Below are positions 17,859-27,383 of a DNA stretch of 46,122 nucleotides, one piece after another. A model generated the notes under the pieces. The model was given only the letters and a program-made list of their open reading frames with translations, was not told the origin of the DNA and made no database searches. The translations under genes and the position numbers were made by a program. This DNA is from a virus: IMG/VR virus record IMGVR_UViG_3300010331_000005; one strand, 5' to 3'. Each line of letters opens with the position of its first letter. The stretch's first letter is position 1.

Positions 17859-18911
17859 ATGGCAAATCAGATTAATATTTATTCAACAAGAACCATGATG
17901 GCAGCCATCGAAAAGATGATGCCAGTTAGATCTTTTATTAGAGACACTTTCTTCAGTAGATCAGAAACTTACCTAACCGAAGATGTTGATGTAGACTTCA
18001 AAAAAGGCAAAAGAAAGATGGCCCCTTTTGTTGCTCCACGCGTAGGAGGAAAAGTTTTAGACAGACAGGGTTACAGAACGCAGTCTTACAAAACACCAAG
18101 AATTGCACCTGTTAGAATTTTAACCAAAGACGATTTAAACACTCGTTTAATGGGTGAAAATGTTTACAGTAAAACAACTCCTGCTGAAAGAGCAGCACAA
18201 ATACTTGGTAGAGATCTTGCAGAACTTGACGACTATATCTCTAGAAGAGAAGAATGGATGTGTCGTGAAGTACTTGTATCCGGTAAAGTAACTTGCAAAG
18301 GTTACATCGATGATACCACTGCTGTAACAATTGACCAGGTTGTTGATTATGGAATGACAAATAAAGAAACTTTGGCAGGTATTGCAAAGTGGGACGTTGC
18401 TACATCTACCAAGTACGCTGACATAAAGAGATGGAGACTGGCAATTGTAAAAGCTTCGGGAAGAGCTCCTAATGTTTGCTTAATGTCAAATGATGTTGCC
18501 GACCTTTTCATGAAAGATACTGACATCAGAGATTTGTTCAATAAATATAATATGACGGTTGGTAAAATTGAACCAAGAATTGTAGATGAAGCGGTTACAT
18601 ACATCGGAACACTTGTGGGTTTAGGTCTTGAAATATATACCTATGACGAATGGTTCCTTGATGATGCTGGAATTGAACAGCCTATGATGCCTACAAACAC
18701 TGTTATTCTTGCAAGAACAGACATGGCAAAAAGAATTTATGGCGCTGTTACTCAGATGGATGAATCTGGTGAGTTTATTACAATCGAAGGTGAAAGAGTA
18801 CCTAAAAAATGGTCTGACACTGAAAATGAAGTTAAGAAACTCAAAGTTACTTCAAGACCGCTGCCTGTACCAGAAGATATTGATGACTGGTATGTATCAG
18901 TAGTATATTAA
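17859..18911 (+). CDS. Major capsid protein, lambda gpE family
   Basis: 350 aa with N-terminal IYSTRTMMAAIEKMMPVRSFIRDTFF typical of the gpE family. Synteny supports it. Confidence 0.8.
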   Translation: MANQINIYSTRTMMAAIEKMMPVRSFIRDTFFSRSETYLTEDVDVDFKKGKRKMAPFVAPRVGGKVLDRQGYRTQSYKTPRIAPVRILTKDDLNTRLMGENVYSKTTPAERAAQILGRDLAELDDYISRREEWMCREVLVSGKVTCKGYIDDTTAVTIDQVVDYGMTNKETLAGIAKWDVATSTKYADIKRWRLAIVKASGRAPNVCLMSNDVADLFMKDTDIRDLFNKYNMTVGKIEPRIVDEAVTYIGTLVGLGLEIYTYDEWFLDDAGIEQPMMPTNTVILARTDMAKRIYGAVTQMDESGEFITIEGERVPKKWSDTENEVKKLKVTSRPLPVPEDIDDWYVSVVY

Positions 18912-18926
18912 GGAGTAGGTGATTAG

Positions 18927-19340
18927 ATGATTAAAGTTACAGTTGGGAAAATATACGATGGAGTAACAACCTACTCTGCCGGTGACACTATTCCAAGCCT
19001 ATCCAAAGAAGATGAGGATAGGCTTGTTAATAATGGCGTTGCTGAATACAGTGAAGAGGAAGCAGAAGAGGAATACGAAGAAACTCCCCCTCTAAAACTG
19101 GTTCCTGAAGGCAATGTTGAAAGTGTAAAAAAACACATTTTAACATTAGAAGACCAGGAGCTACTCAATGAAATGATTAACGAAGAGAAGGCAGGGCAAA
19201 AAAGAAAAACTTTAATTGAAGCCATTGAAAAAAGAATTGAAGAATTAAAAAAGGTTGAAGATGATGAAGATGGAACTCCTGCTGAATCTGATAACGACCT
19301 TAAAATAGACTTCAACATAGATGATGTGATGCCTACATGA
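18927..19340 (+). CDS. Acidic hypothetical protein, head-tail region
   Basis: Glu/Asp-rich ORF with SD aaggag. Confidence 0.6.
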   Translation: MIKVTVGKIYDGVTTYSAGDTIPSLSKEDEDRLVNNGVAEYSEEEAEEEYEETPPLKLVPEGNVESVKKHILTLEDQELLNEMINEEKAGQKRKTLIEAIEKRIEELKKVEDDEDGTPAESDNDLKIDFNIDDVMPT

Positions 19341-19654
19341 GCAAGTTAAAAGATTACTTTTCATCCGATTTAAATACTTTTGTTAATCAAGATGATTTTG
19401 CAGAAACACACACAATTGATAAAAGAGTATTAACAATAATTGTGGACAATGACAGGCTCATGCATCGAAGCAAGAAAGAATTTGATGGTATTAGTTTTGG
19501 CGAAATTTTATATTTTGTTAAAAAATCAGAATTTGGGGCTCGTGTTGAAGAAGGCACGCCCCAAATTTTTGATGGTCGGCAGATGTATGTGTTTAATATC
19601 CGGGAAGATAACGGAATGTATGAGATTATACTGACTCAGAACCGAGGTGGCTAG
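19337..19654 (+). CDS. Head-tail connector or adaptor candidate
   Basis: ATGA overlap with the upstream gene; called from position only. Confidence 0.5.
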   Translation: MSKLKDYFSSDLNTFVNQDDFAETHTIDKRVLTIIVDNDRLMHRSKKEFDGISFGEILYFVKKSEFGARVEEGTPQIFDGRQMYVFNIREDNGMYEIILTQNRGG

Positions 19655-19656
19655 GT

Positions 19657-20280
19657 ATGGCAACTAATGCTATTATAGTTGACACCAGTTCAATAAATAG
19701 ACTCACAATTGAACTCAGAGGGTTTGAGGGACAGGTAGAAGAAGCTACTTATCACGCTTTAAATCGTGCGGTGGATTATACTCTTACACAAGTTGGAAGA
19801 ATAGTAACAAAAGAATACGCCATCAAACAAAAAGATGTAAAGGAAAGCTTTAAAACAGGAATAAGAAAGCCGACCAGAACAAATTTAACCGCAAGCATTA
19901 CTTCTACTGGACATGTACTTTCTATAGCACACTTCCCACACACACCAACAACTCCTATTCGGGGGGGCGCTTCACGTAGTGTCAAGGTTCAAATTAAAAG
20001 ATCAGGTGGCAAGAAAGTAGTAAACACCTCACCCAAACCTTTTATAATGTCTACTGGAGCACGTGATCCTGACGGTGTACAGTTTAATGTTTTCAGGCGT
20101 GAAGGAAGAGGAAGAATGCCGGTTGTTGTTTTGAAGACACTATCTATTCCCCAAATGATTACAAGTTCAAATACTTCTGACCAAATTCAAGCTGCAGCAC
20201 AAGCAAAAATAGAGGAACGATTGCAGCATGAAATAATTAGAAGTATGACAGCTGCCAACACGAGGATTAACAGGAGGTAA
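19657..20280 (+). CDS. Head-tail completion protein (gpZ / HK97 gp10-like)
   Basis: ATYHALNRAVDYTLTQVGRIVTKEYAIKQKDVKE pattern and position. Confidence 0.4.
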   Translation: MATNAIIVDTSSINRLTIELRGFEGQVEEATYHALNRAVDYTLTQVGRIVTKEYAIKQKDVKESFKTGIRKPTRTNLTASITSTGHVLSIAHFPHTPTTPIRGGASRSVKVQIKRSGGKKVVNTSPKPFIMSTGARDPDGVQFNVFRREGRGRMPVVVLKTLSIPQMITSSNTSDQIQAAAQAKIEERLQHEIIRSMTAANTRINRR

Positions 20281-20281
20281 T

Positions 20282-20815
20282 ATGTCAACGATAAAAATTC
20301 TTGAAGCGTATGAACATTTCTTTAAGGAAAAAGTCACACCAACAATAAAACTTCAAAAGCCTTCTGACGATAATGTTGAAGATTATGAGCTTGTAAATCC
20401 TCAGGTGCATGTAGGATGGGTACCTCCTAAAGGGTATTTACCTGCAGGTATGGAATCAGCAATGCCTTGCTTAATTGTCGGAATGGATGATGCAAGTGAC
20501 GATGGCCAGTCAGCAGAAGTAAACATCAGAATCAGTGTTGCTGTTTATAGTCCAGGAATTCACGCTCCTAACAGCGACGAAAGCCTTAATTATACACCAG
20601 ATTTCAAAGGATATAACGATTTACTAAATTTAATTGACAGAACAGTAGATGAACTGTTAAGAAACCGAATAATTTATGGTGTTAGTACTGCGGAGTTACC
20701 CATTAAATGGGGGATGTATCAAGACCAACCTTATCCTTATTGGTATGGATACATAACTTTTACCGCTAGTAAAAATTCAAGTCAATTTACAAAAGGGATA
20801 AAAGAATTATTATAA
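20282..20815 (+). CDS. Tail completion or terminator protein candidate
   Basis: Lies immediately before the sheath gene. SD caggagg. Confidence 0.4.
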   Translation: MSTIKILEAYEHFFKEKVTPTIKLQKPSDDNVEDYELVNPQVHVGWVPPKGYLPAGMESAMPCLIVGMDDASDDGQSAEVNIRISVAVYSPGIHAPNSDESLNYTPDFKGYNDLLNLIDRTVDELLRNRIIYGVSTAELPIKWGMYQDQPYPYWYGYITFTASKNSSQFTKGIKELL

Positions 20816-20833
20816 AAAAGGAGGCGATTTGTA

Positions 20834-22282
20834 GTGTATAAACATGGAGCGTACGGAGAATTACAGCCAACACAGGATATAGTTACTCCTCAGGGATCTG
20901 GAACTTTACCTGTATATTTTGGTGTTCTTCCTGTGCATCAATTAGCAGATTATGCTGGGAAAATTAATCAACCTATTCTTGTACAAAGTTATGCGGATGC
21001 AGTACAGAAAGTAGGGTATAACGATAGTAACTGGACTGATTTTGATTTGTGTGAGGCAATTTATGCTCATTTTAAAAATAGTATTCAACCTATTGGGCCG
21101 ATTATTCTAGTAAACGTATTGGATCCCGATACAATGAAAGCAGCGGGTACGCCAGTAGTTGTCACGATGATAAACAGTCAGGGATATATTGCAAATGATA
21201 AGGTGATATTAAAAACGGTTGCAATTACGGGTAAAGTAAAGGGTACCGATTTCACCGCAGAATACACACCTGATGGCACAAAGGTATTAATTAAGGCATT
21301 AACAACAATGGTAGCACCTGTTACAGTAACTTTTGATGAAGTGAAACTTGATACCCTAACAAAAACAACAGTGATTGGTGGGGTTGACGTTTCAGGTGTA
21401 AAAACTGGTATATCAGTTGTTGATTATGTTTATCAAACATACAACATGGTACCAACAATCTTGGATGCACCAGGATGGAGTCATAATCCTGAGGTTGATG
21501 TCGCACTTAAAGCAGCCGGTCAAAAAATCAATGGGCATTGGTATGCATGGGTTAATAGCAATCTGATAACAGATAGTACTTGCGACACAATTACGAAGGC
21601 GAAAGCATTGAAAGTTACGAACAATTATTTAGGTTCGGGAGAAAGTCCTTGTTGGCCACTTGCTAAAAAGGGAAATAAGATATTCCATATATCCACACTT
21701 ACCACGGTTGCAATGCAGCAGGTAGATTACAACAATGACAACATACCTTATGAAACACCTTCCAACAAACCTGTTGATATAACCGGATTATGTTTGGCTG
21801 ATGGTACCGCAATTGTTTATGATCAAGTTCAAGCAAATGATCTAAACAGTCAGGGTATAAGAACTCTAACTTATTGGGGTGGGCGTTGGGTTTTATGGGG
21901 ATCCCATACCGGTGCATATTCTTTTGGTGCCGACATCGATCCAAGAGATAAATTTGATTGTAATGTCAGAATGCTTTATTACTTGTTGAACGAATTTCAG
22001 CTTAGGTATGGCGTTCAGGTTGATAGCAATTTTAACCGTGCAAGAATAGAAACAATATTGAATGATTTCCAAGAAAAGCTTGATACTTTGATGGTCAGAG
22101 GGGCATTGCTTTATGGTAAGATTTTGTTTACTGAAACAAGCAATCCGACTTCTGATATTGTTGAAGGCGATTTTGATTTTGATATTGCTACAACAACAAC
22201 TCCTCCTGGCAAGAGCATCACAGGGAAATTATCTTACACGACCAAAGGTTTAAGTACATTATTGGGGGGTGAACAGGCATGA
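20834..22282 (+). CDS. Contractile tail sheath protein
   Basis: N-terminal YKHGAYGELQPT typical of sheath proteins. 482 aa, followed by the tube gene. GTG start after aaggagg. Confidence 0.8.
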   Translation: MYKHGAYGELQPTQDIVTPQGSGTLPVYFGVLPVHQLADYAGKINQPILVQSYADAVQKVGYNDSNWTDFDLCEAIYAHFKNSIQPIGPIILVNVLDPDTMKAAGTPVVVTMINSQGYIANDKVILKTVAITGKVKGTDFTAEYTPDGTKVLIKALTTMVAPVTVTFDEVKLDTLTKTTVIGGVDVSGVKTGISVVDYVYQTYNMVPTILDAPGWSHNPEVDVALKAAGQKINGHWYAWVNSNLITDSTCDTITKAKALKVTNNYLGSGESPCWPLAKKGNKIFHISTLTTVAMQQVDYNNDNIPYETPSNKPVDITGLCLADGTAIVYDQVQANDLNSQGIRTLTYWGGRWVLWGSHTGAYSFGADIDPRDKFDCNVRMLYYLLNEFQLRYGVQVDSNFNRARIETILNDFQEKLDTLMVRGALLYGKILFTETSNPTSDIVEGDFDFDIATTTTPPGKSITGKLSYTTKGLSTLLGGEQA

Positions 22283-22788
22283 TTATATCAGGTAATGTTA
22301 TTGCACATAAAGTTGTTGTTGATGGAGTAGAAATTGATGACAATGTTTCATGCCAGCTTCCATCTATTGAGAACCAAACCGCTGAACTCAAAGGTGCAGG
22401 CATAATGGGAAGTATTGATTTACCTTCCACCGGGCAGATTGGACCTATGACTTTTGCAATGAGCTCAAGATCGATAAATAAAAAGTCTTCTCAACTTGCA
22501 AAGCCTGGGATACAGAATATTGAATTAAGATTTGTAAAAGATACTTTAAACGCTGACGGGCAGAAAGTGCCTGAAGGAACAAAAGTATACATTTCAGGTA
22601 TTATAAAAAAGATAGACCCGGGGAAAGTTGAATCGGCGGCAACAAATGATAGTTCGCACGAATTTGAGGTATTAAGATATAGGCAGGTTATCGAAGGTGT
22701 AGAAATATTACTAATTGATAAGCGCTCATATATTTATAAGGTCAATGGTGTGGATTACATGAAAAAAATCAGACAAACACTTGGCTAA
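22279..22788 (+). CDS. Tail tube protein (P2 FII-like)
   Basis: NVSCQLPSIENQTAELKGAGIMGSIDLPSTGQ matches the FII pattern. ATGA overlap with the sheath gene. Confidence 0.75.
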   Translation: MIISGNVIAHKVVVDGVEIDDNVSCQLPSIENQTAELKGAGIMGSIDLPSTGQIGPMTFAMSSRSINKKSSQLAKPGIQNIELRFVKDTLNADGQKVPEGTKVYISGIIKKIDPGKVESAATNDSSHEFEVLRYRQVIEGVEILLIDKRSYIYKVNGVDYMKKIRQTLG

Positions 22789-22804
22789 GAATGAAGAATC
22801 AGGC

Positions 22805-22840
22805 ATGGCAGCTCAATAATGGGCTGCCATTGTTATTTTA
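22805..22840 (+). terminator. Hairpin attenuator or partial terminator between tube and chaperone genes
   Basis: atggcagc-tcaataatgg-gctgccat forms an 8-bp stem, followed by tgttatttt. Confidence 0.45.
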
Positions 22841-22851
22841 GGAGGATTATA

Positions 22852-23175
22852 ATGCCAAAAATATTAAAGCTTAAAAATCCAATCATGATAGATGGCACTG
22901 AAGTAAAAGAAATTAAATATGATTTTGAAAATTTGACTGCAAAAGATATGATAGAAGCAGAAAAGATGATGCTTGGAAATGGTCAAATATCAATGACCTT
23001 GGAAGAAATGAATTATTCATGGCATATGTATCTCTTTGCTTCAACCGCCGCAAAGGAAAACACAGGCTCTAGTATCAATGACTATTTTAGAATGAAAGGT
23101 ATTGATGCTGTAAAAGCCAGAGCATTAGCAAGAAATTTTCTAATAGCTGCGGAGGATTTCGAGGAAAGTCTATAA
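22852..23175 (+). CDS. Tail assembly chaperone (zero-frame product)
   Basis: Start at MPKILKL (SD taggagg). Positioned between the tube and tape measure genes. Confidence 0.75.
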   Translation: MPKILKLKNPIMIDGTEVKEIKYDFENLTAKDMIEAEKMMLGNGQISMTLEEMNYSWHMYLFASTAAKENTGSSINDYFRMKGIDAVKARALARNFLIAAEDFEESL

Positions 23176-23333
23176 GAGCAGCGGCAATAGAAGTTGGTTT
23201 ATATACAAAAACACCTTTTATGAGTTATTTAAATATGACGGTTTTAGATTTTATTGAATATTACGATGACCTTAATAAGATAGATACAAGAGACAGAAAC
23301 AGAGCTGAAAGAAGGCAAGCTGAAAGAAGGTGA
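22852..23333 (+). CDS. Tail assembly chaperone, -1 frameshift extended product
   Basis: The -1 frame after the slip reads SNSCGGFRGKSIRAAAIEVGLYTKTPFMSYLNMTVLDFIEYYDDLNKIDTRDRNRAERRQAERR*. It ends 5 nt before the tape measure start. Confidence 0.65.
23133..23139 (+). promoter_or_regulatory. -1 programmed frameshift slippery heptamer A AAT TTT
   Basis: Zero-frame codons are aga AAT TTT cta. The -1 frame is open from 23106 to the TGA at 23331-23333. Confidence 0.7.
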
Positions 23334-23338
23334 ATTAA

Positions 23339-25147
23339 TTGGCTAGTCGAAGTGAATTAAGAGCTCTTATTGTTTTAGCAGGACGAGTTGATCCATCTTT
23401 GCAAGCAGCAATGATGAGAGCATCTAGAATGAATGGTAATTTTGCACAAAATACGCAAAGGTCTATTGGACAGACGTCAAAACTAGGCGGCGCAATAAAA
23501 ACGGCCTTAGCGGGAGCAGCAAGAGTTGCCGCTATAGGCGCAGGAGCAATCGCAGCCGGAATATCTTTAGTTGGAGCAAGAGGAATCAAACTTGCATCTG
23601 ATTTAACTGAAGTTCAGAATGTTGTGGATGTAACCTTTGGTCCCGCTGGTGCAAGTCAAATTAATGACTGGTCACAAAAGGCTCTTAAGTCTTACGGGTT
23701 ATCTGAATTAGCCGCAAAACAGTACAATGGTACTCTTGGAGCTATGATGAAGAGTAGTGGACTGGCAGGAAACAATGTTGTTAAAATGTCTGAAAATCTT
23801 ACTGGTTTATCTGGTGATTTATCATCCTTCTATAATATATCTCAAGATGATGCTTTTGAAAAAATCAAAGCCGGTATTGCCGGAGAGACTGAACCACTAA
23901 GAGCACTTGGAATAAATATGAGCGTTGCAAACCTAGAAGCTTATGCACTTGCCAAAGGAATTAAGACGTCTTATCAAAACATGGACCAGGCTTCTCAGAC
24001 TTCATTAAGATATGCGTATTTGATGGACAAATCCAAGGATGCCCAAGGAGACTTTGCAAGAACACAAGGCGGTTTTGCAAATCAAACCAGATTATTGACA
24101 ACTAATTTCAACCAGTTAGCAGCAAAAGTGATGACTGCAGCTTTGCCAGCATTAACAAAACTTTTGCAAATTGGCAATGGTTTCATGGAAAAGATTATGG
24201 GTAATCCTGAATTGATGAAAAAGTTTCAAGGTATTATATCGACTGTATTTGATAAGATAGGTTCAGCGTTACCAACAATAATGAACCTTGCACAGCAGTT
24301 TATTCCTGTACTAGGTGATATATTTACTATGTCCTCAAAGACATCCATTCTTCCGATGATACTGGAACTGGTGAAAGAGTTAGCGCCAGTAATATTGAGC
24401 ACTTTGAAACAAATATTACCTACACTATCAAGCTTGTTTGGGTTGCTAGCTCAAACAGCTGTTTCACTAATTCCAATGATTACTCAATTAGTAACTGCGT
24501 TGCTGCCTCTAATACCACCAATTTTGAATATAATAATGGCTGTATTGACACCATTAATACCTGTTTTGATGCAGATTGTTCAAGCATTATTCCCACCATT
24601 GTTGCAAATAATAATGTCTTTACTACCATTGATTCAATCACTCGCTCCTATTTTAGGATATCTAGCAGGTATTATAGGTGGAGTTCTAGTCCTTGCGCTT
24701 AAGTCAATTATGCCAATGATAACGGATTTTGCAGATTTAATATCTACGGTTGTTGGAGGCATTGGAAAAGTACTTGGCGGTATAGGAAAGTTTCTTGGTC
24801 TTGGTGGAAAAAGTGTTGACCTTCAAGCTAATTTAACAGCAGGAACTATACCAAAGTTTGCGTTGGGAGGTATCGCAACCAGTCCATCGATATTCGGTGA
24901 TGCTGGTCCTGAAATGGCAATACCATTACAACGAACACCTAGAAGTTTCGGATTGCTAAATCAAGCAGCACAGATGTTAGGTGGGGGTAACAAGGCACAA
25001 AGTAATGGCGTAATGATAACATATGCTCCTGTGATTTACGGTGGAAATAAAGCAGAAATAAGCCAAGCATTAGAAGAAGATAAATATCGATTCTATTCGA
25101 TGATGGAAGAATTTTTTGCAGAAAAGGAGAGGATGGCGTTTGGATAA
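23339..25147 (+). CDS. Tail tape measure protein
   Basis: 602 aa, Ala/Gly-rich N-terminus, long hydrophobic Leu/Pro/Ile repeat core. TTG start after gaaggtga. Confidence 0.85.
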   Translation: MASRSELRALIVLAGRVDPSLQAAMMRASRMNGNFAQNTQRSIGQTSKLGGAIKTALAGAARVAAIGAGAIAAGISLVGARGIKLASDLTEVQNVVDVTFGPAGASQINDWSQKALKSYGLSELAAKQYNGTLGAMMKSSGLAGNNVVKMSENLTGLSGDLSSFYNISQDDAFEKIKAGIAGETEPLRALGINMSVANLEAYALAKGIKTSYQNMDQASQTSLRYAYLMDKSKDAQGDFARTQGGFANQTRLLTTNFNQLAAKVMTAALPALTKLLQIGNGFMEKIMGNPELMKKFQGIISTVFDKIGSALPTIMNLAQQFIPVLGDIFTMSSKTSILPMILELVKELAPVILSTLKQILPTLSSLFGLLAQTAVSLIPMITQLVTALLPLIPPILNIIMAVLTPLIPVLMQIVQALFPPLLQIIMSLLPLIQSLAPILGYLAGIIGGVLVLALKSIMPMITDFADLISTVVGGIGKVLGGIGKFLGLGGKSVDLQANLTAGTIPKFALGGIATSPSIFGDAGPEMAIPLQRTPRSFGLLNQAAQMLGGGNKAQSNGVMITYAPVIYGGNKAEISQALEEDKYRFYSMMEEFFAEKERMAFG

Positions 25148-25346
25148 TTTTCAGTATGTAACAATGCAAGGTGATACTTTTGATATGCTTGCGCTTGATG
25201 TTTATAATGATGAAGCTAAAGCTTCTTTAATTATTCAGGCAAATCCTCAGTATGCAGATGTTTTGATTTTTGATGCGGGTGTAGTTCTGACAATACCTTT
25301 AATTACAGCACAAGCAGCTATTACATTACCCCCATGGATGAGGTGA
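25116..25346 (+). CDS. Tail protein X-like (LysM-type)
   Basis: YVTMQGDTFDMLALDVYNDEAKASLIIQANPQYADVLIFDAGVVLTIP. True start possibly TTG 25140 or ATG 25164. Confidence 0.6.
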   Translation: MQKRRGWRLDNFQYVTMQGDTFDMLALDVYNDEAKASLIIQANPQYADVLIFDAGVVLTIPLITAQAAITLPPWMR

Positions 25347-25350
25347 CACT

Positions 25351-26259
25351 ATGCAATTAATATATGAAGGTAAAGATATAACAGGGGTTGTTGATATACA
25401 AAGCGCTGATATCGTAGGTAATGCGGGAGGAAACTCTGATAGTCTTGATATAAGATTTAATGATACAAAAGGGATATGGAGCAGGTGGAAACCTCAAAAA
25501 AACCATACACTACAATTTACGTCAAATGGTTTAACATCTGGCCTCATGTATGTTGATGAAATTAAGCAGCAACGTGGTATTTTTACAATTCGTGCTTTGT
25601 CGATACCTCAAAAAGCTAAAACGGAAAATACAAAAGCGTGGGAAAATGTTAGGTTTTTAGAATTCGCGCAGGAGATGGCCACAAAAAATGGTTTTACTCT
25701 TAAAACTTACGGTATCGAAAATAATCTCTATAAGCGAATTGACCAGTACGAAAAAGCAGACTTTGAATTTCTTGATTCCAGATGTAAACTGGAAGGATGT
25801 ATTTTAAAACTATTTAATAAAAATGCAATAATTTATAAAGAAAAATACATGGAAGATCAGGCATATGTAAAAACAATTTATATTGATCAGTTTGATGGCC
25901 CATTTGAATTTACAAGCAAATCTACAGGGATTTATGGGTCAAGCAGACTTTCGTACAACGATATAAAGTATGAATACAATCCTGGCCTTTTAGGTCCAAT
26001 GTTAAAAATTACCGATGTAACTGTGGACAATCTCGCAGAAGCTGAACGGTACACTAAAAACTTGCTAAGATTAGAAAACAAGACTGAGAATACCGGATAT
26101 TTCACAATTAATATTGACGTATCAATCTCTGCAGGCAGTACGATTAATGTATCAGGAGTAGGAATGGCTGATGGCAGATATATAATTACGCAATCAGTTC
26201 ATAAAATTGTTAGCAAAAAAACATTTTTAAGAGTGAGGAAGCCTTTAGGAGGTTATTAA
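25351..26259 (+). CDS. Tail/baseplate hub protein (gpD / XkdQ-like)
   Basis: Position after the tape measure and X-like genes; N-terminal MQLIYEGKDITG pattern. Confidence 0.45.
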   Translation: MQLIYEGKDITGVVDIQSADIVGNAGGNSDSLDIRFNDTKGIWSRWKPQKNHTLQFTSNGLTSGLMYVDEIKQQRGIFTIRALSIPQKAKTENTKAWENVRFLEFAQEMATKNGFTLKTYGIENNLYKRIDQYEKADFEFLDSRCKLEGCILKLFNKNAIIYKEKYMEDQAYVKTIYIDQFDGPFEFTSKSTGIYGSSRLSYNDIKYEYNPGLLGPMLKITDVTVDNLAEAERYTKNLLRLENKTENTGYFTINIDVSISAGSTINVSGVGMADGRYIITQSVHKIVSKKTFLRVRKPLGGY

Positions 26260-26451
26260 ATGAGTTTAAAAGGTATTGTTTCCACAGTCGAATCAGAAGG
26301 AGCACGAGTTACTTTCATCGATAGAGAAAATTGTGTGTCTCCTGTACTTAAAATCGCAGCACATATTTCACTTCTGGCTGTTGGTGATAATGTGGCTGTT
26401 TTATTTTTTTCTGATAGTATGACTGATGGCCTTATTATAGCGAAATTTTAG
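26260..26451 (+). CDS. Small OB-fold spike or plug-like protein (gpV N-terminal-like)
   Basis: GIVSTVE...ARVTF...VGDNVAVLFFSDSMTDGLII resembles the gpV/gp45 OB segment. Confidence 0.4.
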   Translation: MSLKGIVSTVESEGARVTFIDRENCVSPVLKIAAHISLLAVGDNVAVLFFSDSMTDGLIIAKF

Positions 26452-26462
26452 GATGTGATTAA

Positions 26463-27065
26463 ATGCAATTAGCTTCATTTGGCAAAAAAGTATTCTTGGT
26501 TAGTTCAAATAGAATATATACTCTTTCTGATTTTCAATACAGTTCTTCCTTGGACACTGAAAAACAAGACACAAGCGGGAATAAGTCCACATCAACAGGA
26601 AAGAAGCTTTCAAAATATAATAAGCCCTCCACATATGTAAAAGGTGCTGGACTAAACTCTTTAAGCTTTAAAATTGCACTTAATATTAATTTAGGAGTAA
26701 ATCCACGAAACGAAATTGAAAGTTGGGAAGATATCAAGGATGCTGCTATTGCTAATGCTTTTATTCTAGGGAAAAAAGCATTAGGTTATTATAAGTGGTT
26801 GTTGATAGATATCCAAGTCGGAGGTACTGTTATTGATGGCAAAGGCAATATGCTGCAGGCTGAATTGTCCTTGAAGTTTGATGAATACGTTCGTCCTGGT
26901 ACTATTCCAACTACAACAAAAACTTCAACTTCAACGGCTGCAGCTTCAAAGGGTAGTATTTCTATTTCAGACGCTCTCATAAATTCAGTAGATAAGTCTG
27001 AACAGAAAAGAGTAAACCCCAATATCCCTATGGGAGCAAGAAGGGCAATGGAATACGAAGAATAG
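26463..27065 (+). CDS. Tail protein, gpU-like fold candidate
   Basis: FGKKVFLVSSNRIYTLSDF...GAGLNSLSFKIAL...ESWEDIKD pattern. Weak assignment. Confidence 0.35.
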   Translation: MQLASFGKKVFLVSSNRIYTLSDFQYSSSLDTEKQDTSGNKSTSTGKKLSKYNKPSTYVKGAGLNSLSFKIALNINLGVNPRNEIESWEDIKDAAIANAFILGKKALGYYKWLLIDIQVGGTVIDGKGNMLQAELSLKFDEYVRPGTIPTTTKTSTSTAAASKGSISISDALINSVDKSEQKRVNPNIPMGARRAMEYEE

Positions 27066-27068
27066 GAG

Positions 27069-27383
27069 ATGATCTCATTGGAATATTTTATAGATACCGG
27101 ACAACCACATAATATAAATTGGTCAGCTTCTGATGAACAAAGGATAATTCAAAATGTACAAAATCTTATAAATACATGGAAATATGAGGTTGCTTATAAT
27201 CGAGTTATGGGAATGGATCCAACTTTATTAGACCAACCATTAGATATTGCCGTTGCAATGTATACATCTGAGGTGTTTAGATTAGTTTCTGATTATGAGC
27301 CAAGAGCCAAAGTTACTGAGGTTGGATTCAGTGGGATTGATGATGACGGAAATATGCAATTTAAGGTGGTGTTAGAAATATGA
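27069..27383 (+). CDS. Baseplate wedge protein (gpW/gp25-like)
   Basis: IIQNVQNLINTWKYEVAYNRVMGMD...SDYEPRAKV. The start may instead be TTG 27078. Confidence 0.6.
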   Translation: MISLEYFIDTGQPHNINWSASDEQRIIQNVQNLINTWKYEVAYNRVMGMDPTLLDQPLDIAVAMYTSEVFRLVSDYEPRAKVTEVGFSGIDDDGNMQFKVVLEI

